A stretch of 64,000 bases of DNA from Minisyncoccota bacterium. GTDB taxonomy: Bacteria > Patescibacteriota > Minisyncoccia > Phycocordibacterales > UBA9973. Below the pieces are notes generated by a model. It had not been told where the DNA came from, made no database searches, and saw only the letters and a program-made list of their open reading frames with translations. This document shows, piece by piece, positions 8,150 to 18,144 of the stretch. Both the position numbers and the translations under genes were made by a program. Where the stretch lies: the NCBI GenBank assembly GCA_041650615.1, contig JBAZKU010000001.1:249216-313215 (forward strand), in the 5' to 3' direction. The number at the start of each line of letters is the position of its first letter. Position 1 is the first letter of the stretch.

Positions 8150-10081
8150 TTAATATTTCATTCCATGAAAAAGGGCTTTTAAAATAACATCCAATTTCAT
8201 TGTCGCTACGCCTATAACTCTATCTCCTCCGCCGTAGTAAATATAAAGCAATTTATCTTTTACAACCATCCCGCAAGGGAATACCACATTATTAACAATT
8301 CCGCTTTTTTCATATTCTTCCACTGGTTCAAAAATCGGCTCGGTACTGCGCGCCAGCACTATGGCAGGATCTTTTGCGTCAAGCAAAACGCATCCCATAC
8401 GATAAGTATTATGACTTTTAGATACACCATGATAAAGCAATAGCCAGCCATATTTGGTTTTAATCGGCGGGGCGCAAATACCAACCTTAGAACTATCCCA
8501 AGTATTTGTTCTGGGTCCGATAATTCTTATGCATTTTTTTACCATTTCGTGCTTAAAATCCAGGGTTGATAAATAGTCGCCACAAACTTCATTACCTACG
8601 CGATGCAAAATAAAATAGCCCAAAGGAAATTTCTTGGGGAAGAGACAGGTGTCTTTATCATCAATCCCTTGCGGAGTAATGAGAAAAGGTTTTTCCCACT
8701 TCCAATTATGAGCAAGAAAATCTTTTTCCCCAATGGAAGAAATAGCTGCCCTCGGGGGACCAATACTGTCAAAAGCCGTATAACACATATAAATATTTTT
8801 ACCGATTCTAGTTAAACGGGGATCTTCACAACCTGAATTTTGATTATTGATTTTTTTATTTTCAAATTCCTCGCGCGGAACGTAAATAGGCGCAGATAAT
8901 CGTTCAATAATATCAATACCATTTTCCGTCATCGCATATCCCAAAACGGATGTATTATCCTGGGACATAGCGCGATATACTATGTGAATTTTCCCGTTTA
9001 GGGCAATAGAGGCTGGATTAAAAGTTGCTTTTTCTTCCCATTTATTTTCTGTTTTCGGAAGAATAATCGGATTTTGGGGAAAACGTTTGAAACTAAAATC
9101 GCTTTTGTATTTGAAATGTATACTGAAAATAAGGTCGTTTAAATTAACCCGAGCCAAACATACTGTCGTATCGGCTGCGCCGTAATATATGGTAAGCGTA
9201 TCTTTTTCAACCAAAGTTCCGGTTGGAAAAACTATATTTCCGACGTAGCCGGATAATTCGTAAAATTCTTCCGGCACAATAATAGGTCCGCCGGTCCGAC
9301 CTAATATTTTTTGAGAATCTGCTAAGTCAAATAAAACCGCTTCAATACCAAAGATCCTGTCAAGATTATTGGCTGAGGGAAAATAATTTTGAATATGGGA
9401 ATAAAGAAATAGCCAGCCATATTTGGTTTTAATTGGCGGGGCTCCGACTTCTATATGGTCATATGGCGAACGTTTTAAATCAATCATGCAACTATCCACA
9501 TTCTTTTCCCATTTTTCCCAAAATGACGGAGACCATAATTCTTCTATTCTATCCAGTTTGGCAATAACCACTTTAGCCGGAGGAGAATCGGTATGATATG
9601 AAAACATCACCACAATTTTTCCATTTATTCGTTCGGGAAACAGCGTCATGGCTTTGGCATTAAAGGGGGTGACCAAATGGCGCTCATCTATTTTTTTTAA
9701 ATCCTTGGAAAGAGCTACCGCTACTCTGATACCATCGGAGCTGAAAGGGTATTTGGAAAGCGCTGTATAAAAAGTGTAAAAAACACCCTCAAAATACGTT
9801 ATTCTAGGGTCTTCACAACCGAATTTTTCCCATTCTTCTTTGGGAATAATAAACGGCGCACGATCTTTGAAATGCACTCCATCTTTGCTTTTTCCTATGC
9901 CAATAGTTGAAATTTGGCTGGGATTTTGTAATTTATCCACCGCCGAAATAGCGCGATAAACTCCGTAAATATTTTTGCCGTATTTGATTGGGCAAAGATT
10001 AAAACTAGCAAATTTCTCCCAATAATGGTCTCCATCGGGAATTAATATCGGGTTGTACTCGGATTTTTTGACAACAAACAT
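8150..10081 (-). CDS. tandem two-domain GH130-family glycoside hydrolase/phosphorylase (beta-mannoside phosphorylase-like)
   Basis: Two repeats, each with 'GCEDPR' and 'APPIKTKYGWL(F/L)LY' motifs. Confidence 0.65.
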   Translation of the reverse strand: MFVVKKSEYNPILIPDGDHYWEKFASFNLCPIKYGKNIYGVYRAISAVDKLQNPSQISTIGIGKSKDGVHFKDRAPFIIPKEEWEKFGCEDPRITYFEGVFYTFYTALSKYPFSSDGIRVAVALSKDLKKIDERHLVTPFNAKAMTLFPERINGKIVVMFSYHTDSPPAKVVIAKLDRIEELWSPSFWEKWEKNVDSCMIDLKRSPYDHIEVGAPPIKTKYGWLFLYSHIQNYFPSANNLDRIFGIEAVLFDLADSQKILGRTGGPIIVPEEFYELSGYVGNIVFPTGTLVEKDTLTIYYGAADTTVCLARVNLNDLIFSIHFKYKSDFSFKRFPQNPIILPKTENKWEEKATFNPASIALNGKIHIVYRAMSQDNTSVLGYAMTENGIDIIERLSAPIYVPREEFENKKINNQNSGCEDPRLTRIGKNIYMCYTAFDSIGPPRAAISSIGEKDFLAHNWKWEKPFLITPQGIDDKDTCLFPKKFPLGYFILHRVGNEVCGDYLSTLDFKHEMVKKCIRIIGPRTNTWDSSKVGICAPPIKTKYGWLLLYHGVSKSHNTYRMGCVLLDAKDPAIVLARSTEPIFEPVEEYEKSGIVNNVVFPCGMVVKDKLLYIYYGGGDRVIGVATMKLDVILKALFHGMKY

Positions 10082-10087
10082 AAATTT

Positions 10088-11251
10088 TTATTTGAATTCC
10101 AATGATTTATTTTTCTCTAATTTTACTGCGCCATTTTTCTTCATACTGTTTATTAAATCTGAAAGCATTATAGAGGCAATACCTATATGCTTGTCTCCCC
10201 CGCCATAATAAACAAACAGTTTGCCATTTTTTACAACAGCCCCACTGGCGTATATAATCCCTTTTTTCCAGTCATTTTCATACCATTCATCCGGCTCAAG
10301 AATTGGATTCTGCGCCCGATAAAGAACTTTCTCCGGATTTTTTAGGTCAAGCAGAAGTGCTCCTAATTTATAGCGGCCGGAATCATCTTTATCCATAGCA
10401 TGATAAAGCAATAGCCAGCCATCTTTGGTTTTAATCGGTGGCGCAGCGGCGCTGCGGGTGCGTTTATGCCAAGCCACTACATGGTCCGGCAAAGATTGAG
10501 GATCAGGCGCATCTTTTCCTCTGGGTGTTTCTGATGTATCCAGTTTGTTTACAAAAGCAATAGCCACTCGTGCCGGGTCTCCTTTATCCAGATTATGAAA
10601 AATTGCAAACTTGCCATTTATTTTTTCCGGAAACAAAACCCAATTTTTTTGCCTGTCTCCCTCGTGGGAAAGATAAGAAAAATTTTCCCAAACCCATTTC
10701 TTGTTTAATAAATTTTCTTCCTTAATTGAAGTTACCGCCACTCGCATAGAATCCCATCCATTGAACATATTAAAAGTCATATATACATAACCATCTATCA
10801 AAACTGTACGCGGGTCTTCGCAACCGCCCCAGCCACCCCCGGAAGCATAAAGTACCGTATCATAGCGCGCGGGAGAAGTGTAAGGCCAATGTTTTTTCAT
10901 TTCTTCGGCATTTTCCACGAAATAAACCGGATAAGAAAGTCGTTCATCAAAGTTTATGCCATCTTTGCTGGAAGCATACCCAATGCGAGATATCCCATCC
11001 GCTCCCAATGCTCGGTAAAAAAGATGTATTCGTCCGCTGGAAGAAATAACAGCCGGATTAAAGACAGCATGAGATTCCCAATAATATGGTCGAGGTTCAA
11101 TAATTGGATTGCGAGGAGATCTTACAAGTTTCGGAGTTTTAGTTAGTTTTTTGCCTTTTGGCCGCCCTGTTTTAGAGACAATTTTAGTTTTTCTCTTTTT
11201 AACTATGATTTTTTTCTTTATTTCCTTTGATTTTTTCAATACTTTTTTCAT
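10088..11251 (-). CDS. GH130-family glycoside hydrolase/phosphorylase with a basic Lys-rich N-terminal extension
   Basis: GGCEDPR, APPIKTKDGWLLLYHA; N-terminal KKxKK low-complexity region. Confidence 0.65.
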   Translation of the reverse strand: MKKVLKKSKEIKKKIIVKKRKTKIVSKTGRPKGKKLTKTPKLVRSPRNPIIEPRPYYWESHAVFNPAVISSSGRIHLFYRALGADGISRIGYASSKDGINFDERLSYPVYFVENAEEMKKHWPYTSPARYDTVLYASGGGWGGCEDPRTVLIDGYVYMTFNMFNGWDSMRVAVTSIKEENLLNKKWVWENFSYLSHEGDRQKNWVLFPEKINGKFAIFHNLDKGDPARVAIAFVNKLDTSETPRGKDAPDPQSLPDHVVAWHKRTRSAAAPPIKTKDGWLLLYHAMDKDDSGRYKLGALLLDLKNPEKVLYRAQNPILEPDEWYENDWKKGIIYASGAVVKNGKLFVYYGGGDKHIGIASIMLSDLINSMKKNGAVKLEKNKSLEFK

Positions 11252-11309
11252 AGTTTTCGAACCAATATAGTATAAATATGATTATATCACTAAAAAAATC
11301 AATAGCCAG

Positions 11310-11789
11310 TTATTTTTCCTTAATTTTCTTGGAATATTCCTTTAAAAGCTCGGAGGAACTGCGAATTTTGCCTCCGTGGCCTACATTAAAAACCATTTCA
11401 ATGCCAAGCTTTTTACAAACTTTGTGCTCTGAAAAAGGGATATCCACATCTTCCGGCTTTCTATCCCCGCCATTGGCAAAAATATGAGGCTTGATTTTTA
11501 ATAATTCCCTACTGACACTTATATCCTTTGTATTTTTTTTATGACTTGAAATAACGACTTTGTCCACGCATTCCAATGCTTCTATAATCTCTTTTCTCTC
11601 GTCATGAGACATAAAAACCGGCTTTCCTTTCACTTTAAACCAATTATCATTATTTAAAATTACAATTAACTTATCACCTAACTTTTTTGCCTCTTGGAAC
11701 ATCCGAATATGCCCAATATGCAGCGGATCAAATCCCCCGCTAACCGCTACTATTTTTCTTCCTTTCTTGTTTTTCGTCTTGGAATTCAT
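11310..11789 (-). CDS. cytidylyltransferase-like nucleotidyltransferase (TagD/RfaE domain II-like)
   Basis: VSGGFDPLHIGHI (HxGH motif), about 159 aa. Confidence 0.55.
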   Translation of the reverse strand: MNSKTKNKKGRKIVAVSGGFDPLHIGHIRMFQEAKKLGDKLIVILNNDNWFKVKGKPVFMSHDERKEIIEALECVDKVVISSHKKNTKDISVSRELLKIKPHIFANGGDRKPEDVDIPFSEHKVCKKLGIEMVFNVGHGGKIRSSSELLKEYSKKIKEK

Positions 11790-11838
11790 TGATTCATTAT
11801 ACCAAAAATAATAAATCTGGTATAATTTATTTATGTAT

Positions 11839-11956
11839 CCCGTTAGAGATTAAATAGTTAAAATAAATTTCTCGGGGAAATGGGTATAAAAAATGTGTCG
11901 AAATTATAATGATTAAATTAAGAACGAAAATCTAAAAATTTTCTATCTCTAACGGG
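11839..11956 (+). mobile_element. MITE-like element (TIR CCCGTTAGAGAT ... ATCTCTAACGGG) inserted at the start codon of the EamA gene; perfect 6-bp target duplication ATGTAT
   Basis: 12-bp perfect TIRs; ATGTAT at 11833..11838 and 11957..11962; an extended -10 (TGGTATAAT) sits immediately upstream of the left duplicate. Confidence 0.45.
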
Positions 11957-12379
11957 ATGTATATAATATATGCATTGTTGGGAGCAATTATGGCAAGCGC
12001 GGGAACGATTTTTGCCAAATTGGGGCTGAAGGGAGTTGATGCGAATTTACTCACCGCCATTCGTGGTATTGTTATGGCTTTGATTGTTTCTATTGCCGCT
12101 TTATCTTTTGGAAAACTTACCATGACATCAATGTCGGCACTTTCCGCCAAGCAATGGATTTTCGTAATTCTTTCCGGACTGGGTGGGGCTTTATCTTGGA
12201 TTTTCTTTTATCAAGCTCTGTCTGTCGGACCGACAGTAGCTGTAACGGTTATTGATAAATTATCTTTGGTATTTACCGCTATTCTTGCTTTCGCAGTTTT
12301 GTCGGAAGGAATTACCCTCCAATCAGGACTAGGACTTGCCCTTGTGGTAGCTGGGACATTGCTTGTCGCTATACGCTAG
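11957..12379 (+). CDS. EamA/DMT-superfamily small membrane transporter
   Basis: 4-TM 140-aa protein, EamA-like sequence (GLGGALSWIFFYQAL). Confidence 0.5.
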   Translation: MYIIYALLGAIMASAGTIFAKLGLKGVDANLLTAIRGIVMALIVSIAALSFGKLTMTSMSALSAKQWIFVILSGLGGALSWIFFYQALSVGPTVAVTVIDKLSLVFTAILAFAVLSEGITLQSGLGLALVVAGTLLVAIR

Positions 12380-12400
12380 AAAAAAAAGGGCTCTTTTTTT

Positions 12401-12850
12401 TTATTTTTCCTTTTTTCCTAAATCTTTCTCTATCTCATCCAAATGGCGTGAGATTTCTTTTACTTCTTCTTTTATTTCTTTTATTGCCCCCGCTTCGGCT
12501 TTGACTTCTTCCTGGGTTTTTTCGGCTAGTCTTTTTTCACCTTTCAATCCGGAGATTATCGCTTCACTACCGATAAAACCAAAAACAAACAAACCGGTTG
12601 ATAAAAGCAAAATACCTCCCACTATAATAGATAAAGGTCCATCCCACCAAGGAAGCGCGCCTAAATTGACAGACCCATTCGTTTGAAAAGAAAAAATAAT
12701 TTCCGAAATCAAATCCGCCGTATGCCAAACACCTCGCCAAAAAGCTACTATCCCTACCCCCCCTATAAAAGCATAAAGGATGGGGTAATGGCTTAGTCTG
12801 CCTCTGATTTTATCTTCAAGTTTATCAAAAAAGTTAATAATGGATTTCAT
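12401..12850 (-). CDS. hypothetical membrane protein with charged coiled-coil tail
   Basis: Two TM helices then a KE-rich C-terminus; the overlapping + ORF is judged spurious. Confidence 0.35.
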   Translation of the reverse strand: MKSIINFFDKLEDKIRGRLSHYPILYAFIGGVGIVAFWRGVWHTADLISEIIFSFQTNGSVNLGALPWWDGPLSIIVGGILLLSTGLFVFGFIGSEAIISGLKGEKRLAEKTQEEVKAEAGAIKEIKEEVKEISRHLDEIEKDLGKKEK

Positions 12851-12884
12851 ACTATGATTGTATCAGAAAAATAATTTTTTAGTA

Positions 12885-13832
12885 CTATTTTATTTCGTTT
12901 GAATAATCAATGCTTTCTAAAATGGTCATATTGTGTTTACTAAGATAATTATTGACCACAAAAATAGCTCCGATAATAGCAAGAGCAATCAATCCATTTG
13001 TTATTAAATCGGGATGTTGGTGTTTGATTTTAATAAAAATATTTAACAATAGGGCAAAAATAATTATTCCAAAAATAACGTAAAGAATCGTGTTTGTAGA
13101 ATTGCGAGGCGAAGCAAAAATTTTCTGCCAAAATGCGACTTTTTGATCTTGGTCGGCAGGAGTATTTATTTCAGCCCCAAGAACATCAGATGACTTTTCC
13201 GCATTTGCAACACCGGGAGTTGTTTCCGCTTCCGTTTCCTTAGACTGAATTCGCTTTGTTGTGTTTTTAATAGGATTTGCGTAGACTTGCGCCACAAATA
13301 CTGTTTCTCTTCCTTTGTAAATGCCGGTAGCCACGCCAGTGCCGATTTCTGTATAATTTCCTTTTACAATATTCGCTTTATGAGTAGGACTTGCCATCCA
13401 GGCCTCTGTAACATCTTTTGAATCGCTGAAATTAATGGCAAGGTTTTCTCCCGCATACTGATATTCATATCCCACTTTTTCCAGCCAATACCAAGGAGTT
13501 TTCCCTTCCGGACTGGTATGGGCAAAATAACTTTTTGCCGCCATATCTTCCGCTTTCATTTCTGCCGCTTCATTTAAAATCGGATTAACTACAAGGGTTT
13601 GAAGGTTTTGCTCCTTACGCTCTTGGTTGGTAAGTTGAGCCAAGACTGCCGGCAACACAGTTGCCATACCTCCTGTTATATTTATGCGAGTAAGAGTCGG
13701 TATTAAAAAAGCTAGTGTCTCCAAAAAGATTACGACAATGACAATGTTGCGAATATTACTGCCGCGCAAGATGTGCGGTCGATGCTCGTTGCCTTCATGA
13801 GGAATAAAATGTTTTTTAAACCAAGAAATCAT
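12885..13832 (-). CDS. CAP/SCP (cysteine-rich secretory protein-like, YkwD-type) domain membrane-anchored protein
   Basis: YFAHTSPEG...AGENLA...AWMASPTHKANI motifs of the CAP domain; N- and C-terminal TM segments. Confidence 0.6.
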   Translation of the reverse strand: MISWFKKHFIPHEGNEHRPHILRGSNIRNIVIVVIFLETLAFLIPTLTRINITGGMATVLPAVLAQLTNQERKEQNLQTLVVNPILNEAAEMKAEDMAAKSYFAHTSPEGKTPWYWLEKVGYEYQYAGENLAINFSDSKDVTEAWMASPTHKANIVKGNYTEIGTGVATGIYKGRETVFVAQVYANPIKNTTKRIQSKETEAETTPGVANAEKSSDVLGAEINTPADQDQKVAFWQKIFASPRNSTNTILYVIFGIIIFALLLNIFIKIKHQHPDLITNGLIALAIIGAIFVVNNYLSKHNMTILESIDYSNEIK

Positions 13833-13895
13833 TATTTTATATTATATATAATAAAACCCCATTTGTAAAGATGAGGTTTTATTTGTCAGTTTATA

Positions 13896-14687
13896 TTATT
13901 TATTTAAAATTGCGCGAGTGAGCGTTCCCACGATTCCGTCAGCTTCTAATTCATTTGCAATCTGGAATTTGATAGTAGCTGTTTTAGTCAGAGAACCGAA
14001 TTTTCCATCAGCAATTCCGCAATCATAACCGGCCGTCTTTAAGAATTTCTGAAGTTCCATAACTTCATTTCCTTGGGAACCTTCTTTAAGCAACGATGTA
14101 AAGTTAAATTTCTCAGTACCAAGCACTTGTCCGGAAACTACTTTTAAAATATAAGTGACAACGGTTGGATTAAGCGCAGTGTCATGAATCGTGCCTGTTA
14201 GAGTGTATGTTCCAACAGGATAATTGCCAGGGATCCTCATATCGGTACTGATATTGGCTAAATATTTTTGCGCGCCATCCAAAACTTTTATGGCAGTCGT
14301 GCCATTGGTTTCAATATAAGCGAAAGGTTTATTGCCACTGGCAACATCTTTGAAAAAAGATTCATAAGCCGCCGGATAATTTACTGAATAATAATTCTGC
14401 AAAGAAACAGTTTGCCCTGAAGCAGGCAATAATTTCAATTCAACGATTTCAGCCTTAAGATTTTCTGAAGCTGTTGACCCTGAAGAAAACTGAATTGCAT
14501 AATGTGTACTCGCACTACCGCTAGTGTTTAGAATATAAGCGCCACCACTCTGGGTCATCGAAACGCCATTAGCTGTGAAGCCGGAAATATTGAGAGTCGG
14601 AGATGTAGTACTGGTTGCAAAAGCAGATCCCATAGAAACAAAAAAACTGCCAAAAATAAACACTGCGATAATGAAATATTTTTTCAT
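13896..14687 (-). CDS. secreted protein with C-terminal peptidoglycan-binding (PG_binding_1) domain
   Basis: Signal peptide; C-terminus GSQGNEVMELQKFLKTAGYDCGIADGKFGSLTKTATIKFQ. Confidence 0.55.
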   Translation of the reverse strand: MKKYFIIAVFIFGSFFVSMGSAFATSTTSPTLNISGFTANGVSMTQSGGAYILNTSGSASTHYAIQFSSGSTASENLKAEIVELKLLPASGQTVSLQNYYSVNYPAAYESFFKDVASGNKPFAYIETNGTTAIKVLDGAQKYLANISTDMRIPGNYPVGTYTLTGTIHDTALNPTVVTYILKVVSGQVLGTEKFNFTSLLKEGSQGNEVMELQKFLKTAGYDCGIADGKFGSLTKTATIKFQIANELEADGIVGTLTRAILNK

Positions 14688-14741
14688 AATAATAAATTTA
14701 AATTATTTAATACCTCTAGTGTATATTAAATTAAAATTTTG

Positions 14742-16028
14742 TCAAATTAATTTTCTATAAGCGTAAAGACAGATAGAAATTACAAGAGCTATTAGGAAAA
14801 CCGGAATAGGACAATATTCATTTAAGACCAAAAGCACAAGTATAGCCAGAAGAGAAGAACTTCCAAAGAAAAGATAAAATCTATTTTTTATTTCTTCCTC
14901 CCCCACTAAATCTCTCTCGTATTTTTTTCTAAGCCACAATCGCCAAATTAAATAAATTACCAAAAGTACAAGCAAGGCAATCAAAGTGCAAATGGACAAT
15001 ATATCGCCCCAACCTGAAACAATAGCGGTAGCTAAATTATTATCCAAATTCGGAGTTTCTTCCGCAACCGTAGTGCTTTCTCCTAATACAGCTCCCTCAG
15101 AAGAATTTCCCAATCCAGACCCGTTATTATTTTCAGTAGAAGCTCCAAGCACTAAGCCAGCTTGAGCAAGTAAAGGCATTGTGAATTGATGTTCAACACT
15201 TACTGTTGGTGGCGAAGCGCGTGAGACAACACGATATAAATAAGTTACTCCGGGAGTTAAACCAGTCAAAACCATTTCGTGATTCATAACTTTTCCTGGG
15301 TCTTCAATATTAGAAAATGGGTAACCAAAATTTGTAGCATTTAAATCAAGATTATAAGGTCCAGGCATTGGCCCATAAACCACCTGGCTAGTAGCTAATT
15401 TATTTGTATTCCAAGTTATTGTAGCTGACCCAGTTCCTTCTACATTTGTTAAGTTAAGTGCTTGTTCATTAAATACAATAAGTATTATAGTAGATCCCCC
15501 ACCCCGGGAACCATGAGAAGACCCGCTAATTGAAGTAGTTTCATCTGTGGTCGTTTCATCGCCCTCAAAACCAACTTGCAAATTAAAGCTCATTGATTTG
15601 TTTTGATATTCATTTCCAGATTCATTATCAAATGTTGCCACAAAATCAAAGGTGGTACTTTCTCCAGCTGGAACTTGCGATAAAATTACTTCTGATTTAT
15701 TAAAGAAATTAGAAAAAGTATCATTATATAGAATATTCTCACCTTGTTTTATTTTAATGTGTACTACGTCTCCTAAACCATCATCATTTACCACATTTAA
15801 AGCGCGAGTTATGACACTATGTGGAACAGAAGTCTTATTGTTTAATATTACAAAACGACTGACAGAAGCGCCCGGAGCAAAACTTGCTTCACCGAAAAGA
15901 GGCGCTGTTTCAAATTGAACAGTTGGTACTTCAGCATTTGCCTGCCCGCAAAAACTTGCAAATATTGCTGTTATTATTGTGAGATATATTAATTTTTTGA
16001 AAATTTTGTTCATAATATTTTTATTCAC
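14742..16028 (-). CDS. hypothetical secreted surface protein with C-terminal membrane anchor
   Basis: Signal peptide, Thr/Ser-rich linker, two C-terminal TM helices. Confidence 0.4.
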   Translation of the reverse strand: MNKNIMNKIFKKLIYLTIITAIFASFCGQANAEVPTVQFETAPLFGEASFAPGASVSRFVILNNKTSVPHSVITRALNVVNDDGLGDVVHIKIKQGENILYNDTFSNFFNKSEVILSQVPAGESTTFDFVATFDNESGNEYQNKSMSFNLQVGFEGDETTTDETTSISGSSHGSRGGGSTIILIVFNEQALNLTNVEGTGSATITWNTNKLATSQVVYGPMPGPYNLDLNATNFGYPFSNIEDPGKVMNHEMVLTGLTPGVTYLYRVVSRASPPTVSVEHQFTMPLLAQAGLVLGASTENNNGSGLGNSSEGAVLGESTTVAEETPNLDNNLATAIVSGWGDILSICTLIALLVLLVIYLIWRLWLRKKYERDLVGEEEIKNRFYLFFGSSSLLAILVLLVLNEYCPIPVFLIALVISICLYAYRKLI

Positions 16029-17493
16029 TTATTACAGGTTCACTTGCCGGAGCTTCTACTGGAGCTTCTACCGAAGGCTGACCAACCTCTGGCCGTGGTT
16101 CTTCTGAAACCACTGCTTCTTCTGCAACTGGTACTGATTCTATTTCTGGAACTATTGTTTCCTCTATAACTGGTTCTTCTTGGCTTGTTTCAGGCGTGGT
16201 AGACTCTTCTGTTACAACTTCTTCAACAACTTCCGTATCTGAAGCCGGAGGTGTTTCCTCAGGCGCTATTGTTTCTGTTGTTTCATTTGTAGCTTCTTCT
16301 TGTTCTGTTTCTGTGCCACTAGCCAAAACTTCTTCCGGTTGTTCCTCTTCTGTAATAGCTTCTTCAATCACAGTTTCCTCTTTTGTGTTTTCTTCTGTAA
16401 CAGTTTCATCTTCAACTACTTCACTTGCTACGGTTTCTTCTGCGATAATAGGTTCTGTCAGTGTAAGTTCTACAATCGGTTCTTCTTCAATAATTTCTTC
16501 CACTAATTCATTTGATACGCCCGGTGTTGGTATTGGGTCAACCCAAGATCCGACTCCATCCGGAATTCTGGCATATGAATATCCCTCCGGTTTTTCTTCC
16601 GTATAAGAATAAGAATCAACAACAATACTGGAAGCTATAGGATAACCGGTCGCCAATCTGACACTATCCGCATCATTATTCAAATTAAAATCAGGATCTC
16701 CGTTTCTATATACAACTAGAAATCCATGAGCTCCGATTACAGTCCCGCCTGTATTAGTATTGGAATTTTGAATATAAAGCTTGTGAGAATCATCATTATC
16801 ATAAATTGCCCAACCGGATAAATCAAAAGCTACACTGCTATTATTATAAAGTTCTACCCATTCACCGCCGGGCATTAAAGCATCATCCAAACCACTTGGA
16901 TTTGAAATAAATTCATTAAGAACTACAGCTTTGCCGATTCTTATTGATCCTAATTTTTCTTTTGTACTGCTAAATCCGCTAGAGGCATCAGGCAAATTAT
17001 CTTGCCAAGTTGTGAAAGTCCATTTAAAGAAACAGGTCTTGCCCCAGACACTGGGCGGGGCATCGGAAGCAATCGTAAAATTAAAATTCCAAGCAGTATC
17101 AACTGTAGCCGTCGCTACCGAAGTGAATCCTTGTATTGGTCCTGTATAAGTATCCGTAGGACTAGTAGCTGTCATTGTTATATAATCACAAGCCGAGGTA
17201 CTGCTTCCTGAAAGAGTGGTTTGGACTGTATACTGAGAATCCAAACTGCCGGTGTTAGAAATATGTATGGAAGTTGAAGTAGTATCAGTCGGATACATCA
17301 GACCGGAAGTAAAGTTACTCATGGAATCTAGACCAATATCTAAAATTCCAGCAGAAAGAGAATTATCGGTTAAGCTGTCGGTATCACTGAAATAAGCATT
17401 CGTTGCGCCAATATTGAGATTGAAAGTAATCAAGCTTAAAATAAGAGCAAGAGCAATAAAAATCTTATTTTTTTGTAATATCAGATTATACAT
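16021..17493 (-). CDS. lamin-tail-domain (LTD) surface protein with SipW-cognate signal peptide and long acidic E/T/V/P-rich tail
   Basis: N-terminus ...GATNAYFSDTDSLTDNSLSAGILDIG; LTD core NEFISNPSG...EWVELYN...DLSGWAIYD; about 170-aa polyacidic C-terminus. Confidence 0.55.
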   Translation of the reverse strand: MYNLILQKNKIFIALALILSLITFNLNIGATNAYFSDTDSLTDNSLSAGILDIGLDSMSNFTSGLMYPTDTTSTSIHISNTGSLDSQYTVQTTLSGSSTSACDYITMTATSPTDTYTGPIQGFTSVATATVDTAWNFNFTIASDAPPSVWGKTCFFKWTFTTWQDNLPDASSGFSSTKEKLGSIRIGKAVVLNEFISNPSGLDDALMPGGEWVELYNNSSVAFDLSGWAIYDNDDSHKLYIQNSNTNTGGTVIGAHGFLVVYRNGDPDFNLNNDADSVRLATGYPIASSIVVDSYSYTEEKPEGYSYARIPDGVGSWVDPIPTPGVSNELVEEIIEEEPIVELTLTEPIIAEETVASEVVEDETVTEENTKEETVIEEAITEEEQPEEVLASGTETEQEEATNETTETIAPEETPPASDTEVVEEVVTEESTTPETSQEEPVIEETIVPEIESVPVAEEAVVSEEPRPEVGQPSVEAPVEAPASEPVISE

Positions 17494-18073
17494 TTTCTTC
17501 TATTTTATTTTCTTCTTTAGGTTTCTCGCCCTGAGCCTGTCGAAGGGTCTTCATTCTTTTCGCTTCAACAATAATTTTTTTTACTTCATCAAATATAATT
17601 ATAGCTGACGGAATGACAATTAACACGACAAAGCCCGCGGGTTTTTTAGCAACATCTACGGCATAACCGACATAAGGTATTTTTAAATACATTTTACCGA
17701 TTATATCTTTTCCTAAAATCTCGCGCGTGTCGTTGGAATTATTAGCATCTCCTTTGGTAATGTAAACTATAGCTCCGTTTTGCACCCGCGTTTCCACAAT
17801 ACGGTGCGTGACTGGCGGTTTGATTTTACTATAAGGTCCGAAGGTTACGATGTCGTCAATTTTATATTGCTCCGATGGTTTAACTATAATCATGCTGCCT
17901 GTTTTGATAGTCGGTTCCATTGAACCGGATAAAACGACATATGATTTAAAACCTCCCGGAATCGGCAAAATGGAAATAAGAAAAAACACAATCACCAGGA
18001 GAATTAAAATTCCCAGAACGCGATAAGCTATATTTCCTATTTTGTTTAAATTTGTTTTCATTTTATTATTCAA
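17486..18073 (-). CDS. sipW: signal peptidase I, SipW (archaeal/eukaryal-like) type
   Basis: TM anchor then VLSGSMEPTIKTGSMIIV, typical of SipW/S26B peptidases. Confidence 0.7.
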   Translation of the reverse strand: MNNKMKTNLNKIGNIAYRVLGILILLVIVFFLISILPIPGGFKSYVVLSGSMEPTIKTGSMIIVKPSEQYKIDDIVTFGPYSKIKPPVTHRIVETRVQNGAIVYITKGDANNSNDTREILGKDIIGKMYLKIPYVGYAVDVAKKPAGFVVLIVIPSAIIIFDEVKKIIVEAKRMKTLRQAQGEKPKEENKIEENV

Positions 18074-18144
18074 CCCTTATTCGCCCAGCCCTTTTGAAAA
18101 AGAGCTGGACTGAAAGGATTGAAACTAAAGCTTGGATGTTTTAA

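Noticed and set aside
12363-12686. + strand 107-aa ORF overlapping the 12401..12850 minus-strand gene
   Set aside because: S/F/P-rich low complexity. The antisense ORF has TM helices and a coiled-coil tail and starts right after a terminator-like A/T palindrome.
16196-16606. 136-aa and 68-aa + strand ORFs inside the LTD gene
   Set aside because: They are the S/T/V-rich mirror image of the antisense polyacidic E/T/V coding repeat: compositional artefacts.
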